From Octopus sinensis (Eukaryota), in contig NC_042997.1 of the NCBI RefSeq assembly GCF_006345805.1, forward strand, positions 121,334,001-121,398,000: a DNA stretch of 64,000 nt, read 5' to 3'. The notes below the pieces were generated by a model. It was not told the origin of the DNA. It was given only the letters and a program-made list of their open reading frames with translations, and searched no databases. A program made the translations under genes and the position numbers. Positions within the stretch are counted from its first letter, which is position 1. Each line of letters begins with the position of its first letter. Below, one piece after another: positions 52,325-64,000 of the stretch.

Positions 52325-54710
52325 GGAAAGATTTTATTTCTAGAATTAAATGGAAAGCTTTTTACTATAATTTTTATTTATTTAATGATATTGATAGTAG
52401 GAATGATAATTATACCTCTAAATTTAAATCTAGAAAGGAACCTCCATTTAATAAAGAATTACAATTACTGAGATAGTATATGGAAGGTGGTAAAAAATAT
52501 TGAATCCATAAATACCCAAATAGAAATAATGAATATTTAAGGAATTAGCAATTAAAATTAAAGATATGAGAAATATGGATAGTATTATAGTACAATCTGA
52601 TAAAACAAGGAACTTATAAAATTAGATGTTAAATTATATGATAAACTATTAGGGAAGAAATAATTAAAAAATATAAATTGTTCCAGATGATATTCTTTAT
52701 AATATTAATAAGCCTCTAAAGTAGTAATGTTAAAATATGAGTTGGATAATAAAACTGAACCTTATGTACCTTTGCACCCCAGAATTACTCTTAAAGACCA
52801 TAAAGATAATTTTTATTCAGACCCTAAAGTTAGATTAATTTGCCCATGTAAATCGGACCTAGGTAAATTAAGTAAATTTATTTTAGATAAATATATTGAT
52901 AAGTTAAATAAACTTAATTATTTAAAATTATGGTTTAGTAATAATAATACATTGAAATGGTTTAATATATTAAAGATAAAAATCGTTATAAATTTATTCA
53001 AATAGATATAGATAATTATTATTCTTCTATTAATGAAATTGTGTTTAATAAAGCGCTTATTTTCGCAATGAATAAAGTGGGCATGTCACGGGAAGAAGTT
53101 AATGTAATTAAATTGGCTAGGAAATCGCTAATTAAATATAAAAATAAATTATGGGCTAGGAATGATACTAGAGATTGTTTTGATATACCTATGGGAGCAC
53201 CACATTCTGCACAGGCTACTGATTTAGTAGGTATTTTTCTTTTATCTGAACTCCAATTAGAAAATCTTAAGATAGAGGGTGGTTTATATAGAGACGATCT
53301 TCTACTAGTTACAAAGAATTGTACTAATAGGAATCTAGAAGTATATAAGAAAAAACTATATAGTTTCTTAAAAGATATGGTTTACGTATTACTATATATA
53401 AGGAGAATTATAATGTTAATTATTTAGATGTTAATTTTAATCTTATTACAGGTAAAACACAACCATATCATAAACTAATGAGAACCTTAGATATATAAAT
53501 GTTAATAGTAATCACCCATTTTCTATTAAAAAATCGTTGATTAATAATATAAGTAAACGTATTTCATTACTCTCTTATGATATAGAGATTTTTAATAAAC
53601 ATGCTAATTATTATAATGAGGCCCTTAGAGGGGCAGGTTATAATAAGAATATTAAATTTTATAATATTAGCGATAATGATTTAAATGATAATTTTCGAGA
53701 TACTTCTAATAATAATTATAATTTTGTTACGTTTAGTGGTAAAAATAATAGATATTATAAAAAAAATAATAAAAATGATAAAAATATAAATAAGAATAAT
53801 AATAATAATAATAAATATAATAATAATAATATAAATAAGAAATATATAAATAAAAATAATTTAATAATTTTATTAATAATTATATTGATAAATTTAATAA
53901 ATTAATAATTCCTTAATGCTGTACATAGATATAATTGATAATAATTTTAATAAAATAAAGAATTATAAATATATTTATAATAATGATAATAATAATAAGG
54001 TTAATAAGAATAAAATTTGGTTAATAGTTCCTTATGGAGATCAAGTTAAAACGAATATTATTAAAGAGATTTTAGATGTTATAGAACTATTTATTAGAGA
54101 TAATCGTAAATATAGAAACATTTTCTCTTTTAATAATTTTGGAGTTGGTTACTCTACCACTAATAATGTTGGTAACATTATTTCTTCATTAATAAATATA
54201 AACTGAATAATTTTTATAAAAAGAAATTATTTGATAATAATATTAATAATGATAAGACTTATATTAATTGTACATGTAGAGATAAATCTAATTGTATATT
54301 AAATAATAATTGTGATATTAACGATGTAGTGTATAAATGTATAGTTACATTACATGATAATAACTTTAAGAATAATAATTACACAAAAGCGGTTTATATA
54401 GGTTCTACTTCCTCAAAAATAAAACTAAGAATTGCACAACATATGAATTCTTTTAAAAATAAAAACTTAATCAACTCAACCGGACTTAGTAAGTATATTT
54501 GGAGTCTTAAATCACTAAATATTAATTATAGTTTAATATGGGAAATAATTTGTAAAACTAAATCATATAATATAGGAGCTAATTGTTGTTTATTATGCTC
54601 TAATGAGTTTAAAGAAATTTTATTTTATAAGTATGATAATTTACTTAATACTGGGAGGAGCGCAAAAAAAATGTAGACACAAGTTACTTTACTTATATAA
54701 TAAGTTTCAT
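52325..54710 (+). pseudogene. Frameshifted, hyper-AT-rich Penelope-like RT + GIY-YIG coding region
   Basis: ORF pieces give WKDFISRIKWKAF; RITLKDHKDNF..PKVRLICPCKSDLGKLSKFILD; FDIPMGAPHSAQATDLVGIFLL..GGLYRDDLLL; YKCIV..VYIGSTSSKIKLRIAQHMNSF..TGLSKYIWSLK..CLLC. Confidence 0.88.
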
Positions 54711-57654
54711 GATAAATAGCAATAATAGTTCCCTTTTAGGTATTTTAGTTTATTTAGTTTAATTAGTTTAGATGATATATTTTTGGTTATGTTGTCTAGG
54801 ATTTAATTATAGTTAGTCTTTATGATATTTCTTTGTTTTATTAGTTCATTTTTAATGTATATTAATTTAGCAGTTATGGTACGTTAAAACTTTAATAATT
54901 TATATTAGATTTTTTATTTTTTTATTTTTATTTTTATTTATTTATTTTTTATTATGTATTTTTATTTTGCATTTGTTATATGTATTTTGAGGATATATTA
55001 TATGTTTTGGGTGTTAATTAGTGGTGTTTTTATTGAGTTTTGTATGTATGTGTGAATGTTTAAGATCCCTTTGTTTTTTGTTTTTTATTTGTATGTTGAA
55101 TTGACAGATTTTATTGGGTATTGTCTTTTATAATAAAGTACACACCCATAACAATTATAAGTGCCCACTTCATTCGTTGTACTTGGGTTTGCATGTGAGC
55201 CTCAGCATATGCACCTAACGGCCACTCCAGCCCCACATGGATAAATAAACACATACATCCCCTAAAAATAAAAAAAAATAAAAAATAAAAAAAAATAAAA
55301 AAATGGGAGTAATCCCATTCACACCAATTATATGTATACAATTATACACACTTGAATAATACATACTAGCCCTAATATACAGAACATACTAATAATCACC
55401 AACTAACCACCATCACAAATGAAACCCACACCCATACAATGACAAAAACCCCCCATACCCTATTTACACCTACATAGTAATCCCAATATATTCTTCCATA
55501 CATGGACGCAAGTGCGTGAAGCACATGAACATAATTAGTACGTACAACCCCAATACACACTAATATATACGTATCAAGCTCGACCTCCACAGTGATAAGT
55601 TTACACACAATCACACCCAGATGGGTGAATTGCACAACCAGTGAATGCTCACACATACGGGCGTGATTACATTGTTGCATATATCGAGCCAAAATAGTAT
55701 GCATATGTACATGTGAGGGGTACACGTAAATGAAGTGAGCGTGTACCCCCTGTATTTATACCCGTGCGTGAATATACACATGGAGACTACCACACAGGTA
55801 CAAATGTGTTTAGAAATGGGAGCCCCATCACTACACTTAATGTATACTCTCACCCATCCGCACGGATGTGTAAGTGTATCTCCGGTGTATATGTTGAGGC
55901 TTATATGTAGAGTTGTTGAAGGGAACGTCGTTGAAATTGTGAATGAATGGGTAGAGTTGGGAATTGTAACCGGTGGTGTGGACTAGTGTTGCTTGGAATT
56001 GTGAATGGATTAGGGTGGTAATGAGGTAGGCATTGAGTATGGGTTACTGTAAGTTGTTTGTTAGAGTTGCTAGGGTGAGCTAAAGCTCATAAATGTATAT
56101 ATTTGATTTTTCATGATAGTTTTTAAAGAATCCATTCATAATAAAATTTTTTTAAGTAGCGTTGGTTTGCTACGTGGAAATAGTTTTTAGTTCCATTTAT
56201 TATATTTCTCCATTCATACTATGAATGACGTTTACTTTCTATGGCGCGTATTCTTTTTTTACATTAGTTATTTCCATGGTAACGTAATTTTGTTTGGTTT
56301 TTTAACGGCTAAGAATCTAATTTCACTTCATAATTTGTAACTGAATTGTAAGTATGTATTTGATTTATCCTTATGTCATAATGTTATTTTTGATATTCTG
56401 GTTAATTACGATGTATTTATTGTTGTTTTCATAAGAGTGTTATGTATATGAGATTGGTTGTGAGTTTTTAATTGTATAATTAATTTATTTATCTGTATGA
56501 GTGTGGGTGTAAATATTGTGTATATATCGAGTTTTAGTGAGTATGTATATGCGTATATGTGAGGGAGCATATGTATCTGTTGTGTGTGTGTGTTTTGCGT
56601 GTGTGTGTGTTTGTGTGTGAATGTGTATTTGGGTTTGTTATTTAGGATTTGGGATGTATGTGTTAATTTGTCTGGTGGGGAGGGAGTGGTTTTTGGTGTA
56701 TATTGAGGTTTATAAGTTAGTATAGGTTTGTGTATAAGTCTTGGGTCTGTGGTTTACGTGTGGGTTTTTGTGTTGTGAATGTTTAGGTTAGGGGATTGCT
56801 ATATAAGTTTGTTATAGGGTTTAGCAAAGGGAGATTTTATCGTTATATGTTTTTATGAGTTTTGGTTTATCATGGTTTTTTTAGGTAATTCGTGGTATTT
56901 TGTCTATTTTAGGTGTTGGTTTTTTTACATTGTTTCATTCATAATTTTTGAGTGGTGTTCGTTTTGCCACGTGAATAACCGGGTGGTGGACTAGCGTTGC
57001 TTGGAATGTGAATGGAATAGTGTAGTAGTGAGGTAGGCATAGAGAATGGGATTGGGTTACTGCAAGTTGTTTGTTAGAGATGCTAAGGTGAGTTAAAGCT
57101 CATAAATGTATATATGTTTTTTGTGGGTGTGTAAGTATTGTTGTATATGTCGAGTTTAGTGAGTATGTATAGGCGTATATGTGAGGGAGTATATGTATCT
57201 TTTGTGTGTGAGTGTTTGCGTGTGAGTGTGTGTTTGTGTGTGAATGTGTATGGGTTTGTTATTTAGGTTTTGGGATGTATGTGTTAATTTGTCTGTGTGG
57301 GGAGGGAGTGGGTTTTGGTGTTATATTGAGGTTTATAAGTTAGTATAGGTATGTGTATAAGTCGTGAGTCTGTGGTTTACGTGTGTGTATTTGTGTGTGA
57401 ATGTTTAGGTTAGGGGGTTTACTTTATAGGTTTGTTATAGAGTTTAGCAAAGGGAGATTTTATCGTTATATGTTTTTAAGAGTTTTGTTTTATCATGGTT
57501 TTTTTAGGGAATTCGTGGTAATTAGTCTATATTTTCGATATGGATTATATATAGGTTATATATGGATTATATACTTATATTTTTTCATTTATACTTTAAT
57601 TATTTAAAAGTATTATTTTTATATTTTAAAATTTTGATTTTTTAGATTGGAAGT

Positions 57655-57697
57655 CCACCTGAAGATTGTCGATCAAGACAAGAAACGATTGTAGTGG
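57655..57697 (+). ncRNA. Minimal type-I hammerhead ribozyme with canonical core (PLE-B 3' arm)
   Basis: CCAC-CUGAAGA-UUGUC-GAUCAA-GACAA-GAAA-CGAUUG-UA-GUGG; predicted cleavage after GUA (57693). Confidence 0.85.
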
Positions 57698-57783
57698 CGG
57701 TTTTTTTGACTATTTATTAAATTTTATGTATTGATTAAGTCTTTCCTTGTTTGTTTTGCAAAATAGTGGTTTTGTCTCAAAAA

Positions 57784-57842
<59 letters not shown>

Positions 57843-58399
57843 GAGAGAGAGGAGGAGAGAGAGGAGAGAGAGAGAGATTTATATATATATACGAGGGGAC
57901 TCTTTCAGTTTCGGTCTGCCAAATCCACTCAGAAGTAGTGAATGGTCAGTACAAGGTACTTGATTGGGGGTGGAGCTGGAAGGTGGTGGGTTGTTAAAGG
58001 AGTGTGTTTTGTGTAGCATTTGGATAGTTGACCTTTCGTCAAAAATCTAATGACCATCTGTTTTACAAAATTCTTTCTCTTAGTCATTTTCTATGTTTTA
58101 TTTGCGTGTCTGGGGTGGTGTTAATGAGGTGTAAGATACTTGTCTTTTGATAAAAAAATGTTTGTTGATAGCAGTGTTTTTTCTATATTATCTATTTTGG
58201 TTTGGGAGGGGAGGTGTTGAAGATCATGATGGCTCACATAATGTTTCCCTATAAATACACATCTGCACACCTACACATCATCATCCGTATACCCACACCA
58301 CAGACGCACACACTTACACACTCACTCATCCACACACGTCAAAATCACTAGCCCATACCCCCACACTCACACACACATTCACGCATACACATACGCGCA

Positions 58400-58650
58400 C
58401 GCGAACCTAGGTTTTGGATTACCAATATGTTATTATCTCTTTCCACCTCTCCTGTCAAACCTTTTTTCCCAACCAGTCGTCATGCTTGATCGCTAAATCC
58501 ACACGTTCTTTGTTTTTAATTCTCTGTTTTCTCATATTTTTTCCATTGAAGAGCGTAGGCCCGAAGCATAAAAGACGTTCTCACATTCTCGAGCATCAAA
58601 CTAATACACCTGTTTGTTGTTCACACACCTGCCTTCATCTTTTGCAAGGA
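58400..58650 (+). mobile_element. Second copy of the same Penelope-like terminal-repeat family (motif at 58543-58574)
   Basis: CCATTGAAGAGCGTAGGCCCGAAGCATAAAAGACG..AAACTAATACACCTG..CACACCTG aligns with the reverse complement of 16961-17081. The 5' boundary is approximate. Confidence 0.45.
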
Positions 58651-58999
58651 CTGGACTGTAGGCATGATGAGACAACAATTTCAACCCCTCAATTTCTTCA
58701 AGTTTGCACTGACAGCGTGTGTTGGGACATTGTTCTGCCGTAGAAATGTCTTTCTCCAACACACATATATATATATACATATACTGTGTTTTGGAAGAGT
58801 GATTCTCTTTTAGCGCCTTATTAATTTAACACGCTGATCGTTCTGCTTTCCACGCATTTATTTTTACTAAAACTTTCGCTGCATCTTTTCAGTAATCGTT
58901 CACTCCCTTATCGGAACAGAGTTCTCTTTTTACTTTGCATGCTTGTGCGTCAGTGTGCGTACACATATACATATGTATGTATGTATGTGTGTGTAAGAA

Positions 59000-59067
<68 letters not shown>

Positions 59068-59086
59068 ATATATATTATAAATATAT

Positions 59087-59118
<32 letters not shown>

Positions 59119-59133
59119 TAGATAGATAGATAG

Positions 59134-59166
<33 letters not shown>

Positions 59167-59279
59167 GAATGTTGCAAACCAAATGCCAAAACGAAATATA
59201 TAATATATATACATATATTCTTATATAGTCATCTCCATAAATTGATCTATCTCCCTCACACACTAACTGTTTCTCTCAC

Positions 59280-59337
<58 letters not shown>

Positions 59338-59410
59338 AATATATACATATTGTGGTTGTCTACTCCTTATGCAGAGTTTGACCACTTCTTGTACCTACAC
59401 CTTCGCACCA

Positions 59411-59755
59411 TCAATGGCATCTGGTATGGCTTTTTAAACTAGACAATGTTCTGAAAAGACACCCACACAGATTGCACATCTGATTTGGACCACCAAGGGC
59501 CATATGTAAATTCTGATCTTTGTGGATATTGAAGTGTCTTTTGAGGCCTCAGGAAGATTTCCAAACCTTCCGGCATACACTGCATTGACACGTGTGCACA
59601 GACATATAGGCAGAATAGTTGGTGGGGGTTCGTTTTCCATGGGTTCGCAGATGGGATTTCAGCCCAGCAAAAGACAGACATGGTCTGTCACAAACTGTGC
59701 ACACAAAAAGGCCATTGTCATACACCTTCTCAATCATAACAATCTTCCTTAAATC
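59411..59755 (-). pseudogene. Remnant encoding three C2H2 zinc fingers in one frame with one premature stop (LINE C-terminus or ZNF pseudogene)
   Basis: CTVCDRPCLSFAGLKSHLRTH; CSVCRKVWKSS*GLKRHFNIH; CNLCGCLFRTLSSLKSHTRCH*. It is truncated upstream by (AT)n. Confidence 0.8.
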
Positions 59756-59756
59756 T

Positions 59757-59790
<34 letters not shown>

Positions 59791-59801
59791 GCACACACAC
59801 T

Positions 59802-59878
<77 letters not shown>

Positions 59879-60232
59879 GTGTGCTAGTCTTTGTGTATGC
59901 GCGTATGCGTTTGTGTCTGTGTATCTGTGGATGCACGCGCGCGTGTATGTCTTTGTGTGCATAATATATGCATCCATTTATACAAATTAAACTTTCAGCA
60001 GCTTAAACTCTAATTAATGATAAAATACGACACTGCCAAATTAATGTTATCATACATATATACAATCACACACACGCATACACACACATACATACATACA
60101 TACTTACACGGATTTATATACAAAAACATGTACATATATATATGTATATGTATATAAATCCATGTAAATATGTATGTGTGTATGCTTGTGCGTGGTTGGA
60201 TATATGTATGGTTGTATACATACATATATATA

Positions 60233-60278
<46 letters not shown>

Positions 60279-61270
60279 TTTAAAGAGTGAATTGTGTGCT
60301 AGTATGATTGATGTAGCAGGCAAACCGATATTAATTAATAATAATTAAATATCAGTGATGAAAATAATCATCTAAATTAATTGTCCAAAATATACAAGGG
60401 AGACAGCCATGAAATTTTAATTAATGAAAATTAATTAAATATGGGAAGAAGCCATGAACAAATCTGATCTTTAATAGGCCAGTGACAACATCGGATATAT
60501 TTCTAGCGTTTTGGGTCTCAGCAGCTAAACGTTTCTCAAGTGTAATTGCAAGATCTCACACTGACAATGGAACTTTAATATTTTGGGGCGTGAAAGTCTC
60601 TACTCTAAAGACTTGTGTTCGACGGAGTCGGCTAGGTTCATGTGACATCCTCTGAACCATTTTCGTGCCAGTTGCCGATATTCCTACTTTCACCAATGTT
60701 GTTTCCTGCCTTTCGGGTTTCGAAATAATCTCCACACACCTTCATTCGTCTGCTGATGAATTTTCTAGAATTCCTTCTGTGCTCATGTCTTCTCAGAGTT
60801 GTTTACCAACAGATGTTCGACGGGAACATTAATTTCAGGAATTTAACCAGTATTGAAAACCGTGGATACTGCTCCATTCTGCGGACCCAACAACAACCAG
60901 ACACATACACACATACACACACACACGCACACACACACACACACATACACACACACACACATGCACAAACACTTAAATAAAGCACTTCATTTTACATCAT
61001 TCTAGTCTACTCAGTTGAAAATGAATTCTAGCTGAGTTTTTGTGTGGCCCTGTCTCCCTCCAACAGTCACAATCCGAAAATATCATTGGATCACGCGTTG
61101 AAGATAGAGGCTCCCTCTATCTTCTTTTGATTACATAAGCAACTAAATTAGTGAAATAAAATGTATAAGAATGGCCGAATTGCGACTCATGGAGCTCCTA
61201 AGCACTTAAAAGATTTTGGTGCCTACATGTATTTATTTTTCAAAATACAAGCATGATAATAATAAATAAA

Positions 61271-61510
61271 TACGCCCTTTTAAAGCCTAGCCAGGCTCAT
61301 GGGCCAGGTTTCTATGGCCTATGTGTTCCCCAGCTGAACAGGACGCCAGTCCATCGCAGCGTTACTCATTTTTGCCAGCTGAGTGAACTGGAGCAACGTG
61401 AAATAAAGTGTTTTGCTCAAGAACACAACGCGTCGCACGGTCCAGGAATCGAAACCACAATCTGACGATCATGATGCTAACACCCTAATCACTAAGCCAC
61501 GCGCCTCCAC
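61271..61510 (-). mobile_element. SINE (head H2 + tail T2)
   Basis: Minus strand GTGGAGGCGCGTGGCTTAGTG..TTTCACGTTGCTCCAG..GTAACGCTGCGATGGACTGGCGTCC..ATGAGCCTGGCTAGGC. Confidence 0.82.
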
Positions 61511-62714
61511 ACAAACATGATAAATCATAAAATAATTTTTCAATTTTACAAACTGCAACAAAACTAACAGTAAGATGTAAACTAATCTACTTATATTTGA
61601 ACATTTTCTCTTAAGTTCTTCGATTGCAAAGCCTTCGATCACGTCCTCACTGTGACACTACGAGCTCTTCGAACTTGCACTTCTAACCATATAAACTACT
61701 TCGAATATTATTTTAGTAAGTTTAAAGTGATTTCTGTTGCGCTAGTGCCCCATTTTTTTCTTGATACCCTGAGCACGTGCTTAATTTGGTTAATGGTTAA
61801 TCCAGCGCTAGTTACAAGCTACCGAGTGTTACTCGCTGTGAGTGACTGCAATGATTCTGCTTCATATGTCAAACATATATTTAAAGGTTTCGTAACAATA
61901 TATCATTGGATTATTTCTATGTAGTCTCAGTCTTCAAATCTGAGTGTCGGCTAACTCCCATCTGATTAATTTTATACCAGACTTATTAATTCAATATTAA
62001 TAAACATTTAATTTTATTTAATAAACATTCAGTTTTAATAAATGTATTATCAATAAATGCATATGGTTAACCTACATCACATTTAGCATACATCAGGAAA
62101 ATATACAGATGTTTTATATTGTAATGAGGAACTTTTTAACAGACATTTCAAGACATCTTGATGTAAATATCAACATCTGTTTGGAACTGAGAGCTTTATT
62201 ACGTCTACGAACGGATAACATGTGTACTTGTTAGTTTGTTTGTGCGTGTGTGTATGTGTGTATGTATATGTGTGTGCCTGTATGAGTACGTATGTGTGTA
62301 CGTGTGTGTGTGTGTGTACGTGTGTGTGCATGTGTCGGTGTGTGTGCAAAACTTGAGAACATTAATATTGCAAAATTATTTACCTCCAGTACGTGTAGAT
62401 GCATTTTCTATTATGCGGTAAACAACAAATCTATACATCCACGTTCACTTAGAGTTGGTAGAAAATCATATAAAAGAACAAAATCAAGAATTGAATCGAG
62501 GCAGGAAGTACAAATCGCAATAAATTAAGGTTCGTTTTGTGGATTGGGGATATAGTGAGAAACCGCATTAATAAATGACCACATATATTTATGAAAATAC
62601 AATTGAAAATTTTGATGTTACCGGTTATTCTAAACTTAAAAATAATATCTAATTTAGTAAGAGTATCATAAGCTGAAAATATTTTTTATTCACCTTCCCT
62701 CATTTACTTTAGAC

Positions 62715-62990
62715 TAGTTGTTCCTAAATCTTTCGGGCTGCCGCCCTCTTGGCACCTATGCCACATTCCTAGTCATTGCAAACATAAATATCTTTCTGGG
62801 CAAATTCAAAGCAACTGTATTTAACAAATAAAACTTAACCTAGTCAACCCATTATTTTGTTGTTTTTACACAAACCACTACCCCATTATTGCCCACTTTT
62901 TACATGAATTGCTACCCATTATGGTCCCACATTCCTTGGACCTTTCCACCGCCCCCAGTGAGTGCAATACCGTCCACTTTGGGATCCACG
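62715..62990. mobile_element. Possible degenerate hAT-type MITE
   Basis: Ends TAGTTGTTCCTAAA / TTTGGGATCCACG resemble CAGTGGTTCCCAAA TIRs; no TSD found. Confidence 0.3.
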
Positions 62991-63245
62991 TAATTATCAT
63001 GACACCTAGGCATGGGCAACGTTTGCTCTCAGAATGACAAAAATCGAAATGCCTTGTTAAATTTTGTTCCATTATTAAATTTTGAGTGTGGCTTCGTTTC
63101 GTAATCAGAGTATCATACATTCAGGATATTACACAGACAAGACAGCTCCTTTTCAAAGTATTAAGTATAAAAGAATTTGTGGTTAATGAAATGCGATGGC
63201 ACAACCGAGCAAAGACATTCGTTTACATTCCATTATTTTTTATTT

Positions 63246-63544
63246 ATGCGCCCTTTTCAAGCCTAGCCAGGCTCATGGGACGGTTTCCCGGTTTCTGTGG
63301 CGTATGTGTCCTCCCCCCCCCCCCAGCTGGACGGGACACCAGTCCATCGCAGCGTTACTCAAGAAACAGAAAGAGAGAGTGAGAGAGAGTTGGGGCGAAA
63401 GAGTACAACAGGGGTCGGCACCCCCCCTACCTGAGCCTCATGGAGCTTTAGGTGTTTTCGCTCAATAAACACACACAACGCCCGGTTTGGGAATCCTCCG
63501 ACCGCGAGTCCGCTGCTCTAACCACTGGACCATTGCCCCTCTAC
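63246..63544 (-). mobile_element. SINE (head H1 + tail T2)
   Basis: H1 module TTGAGCGAAAACACCTAAAGCTCC joined to the same GTAACGCTGCGATGGACTGG..GAGCCTGGCTAGGC tail as 61271. Confidence 0.82.
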
Positions 63545-64000
63545 TTACATTCCATTGACGAAATTAAAAGCCACATACGAGACATGTCAGGCAAATCACA
63601 GTATTTGTGAAAGTCGGTGTGCACAATGTTGATATTGCTATGGCCTAAACTAATTCAACTAAGATTAAAAAAGAAAACTTACATAATAAGATTTTAATTT
63701 AAGTAAAGAAGCAACGGACCTTTGTAAATGTTTCTATGCAGACTAAAGCTTCTTCATTCGTCCTATAACAAGTAGCCATCGTGTAGCATTGGCATGAGAA
63801 GAACATCTATTGTCAGAATGACACAAACTCGAAAAGTCCTTTGTTCAAGTGGTAAAATTTGAGCGTGGTTTTGCCTTATAAACTTTTGCCATAAGTCTCT
63901 TTCCGTATGCAAATATATAACATTTTTCTTTATTACCCACAAGGAGCTATACACAGAATGGGACAATACAAAACAAGATAAACATAAACTCGGGGAAATT

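Larger units (their letters stand above)
50596..57790 (+). mobile_element. Penelope-like retroelement PLE-B with inverted arms (~50681-52250 / ~56225-57790)
   Basis: The arms are reverse complements (e.g. 50761-50820 vs 57651-57710; ~52130-52250 vs 56225-56345). They enclose RT and GIY-YIG coding fragments, and both ends abut (AT)n. Confidence 0.9.

Noticed and set aside
57950-58230. Possible additional Penelope RT-thumb remnant on the minus strand
   Set aside because: Similarity (RFLTKGQ vs RFxxRGY) is too weak without a search.

Overview
This is AT-rich, repeat-dense eukaryotic DNA. The tRNA-derived SINE families and microsatellite load point to an octopus/cephalopod genome, but that assignment is inference. 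No host gene can be firmly called; there are only two weak exon candidates. Nearly all listed ORFs are microsatellite artefacts. The main structure is two adjacent Penelope-like retroelements (PLEs), each with long inverted arms. PLE-A (~43980-48740) has an uninterrupted 774-aa RT + GIY-YIG ORF on the minus strand and 1.3-kb inverted arms. PLE-B (~50596-57790) is a hyper-AT-rich, frameshifted RT + GIY-YIG on the plus strand with ~1.57-kb inverted arms and a strongly C-depleted sense strand. Each carries a minimal type-I hammerhead ribozyme (HHR) fold in both arms. PLE-B's core is canonical (CUGAAGA). PLE-A's core reads GUGAACA, a compensatory G3:C8 swap of the conserved C3:G8 pair, which is the most interesting observation here. 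The window also holds several more PLE/HHR relics, mostly abutting (TA)n; two non-autonomous Helitrons; mariner elements and MITEs; L1/Tx1-like and RLE (HERO/NeSL-like) LINE remnants; a three-finger C2H2 remnant; four foldback elements; and SINEs whose head and tail modules are shuffled.
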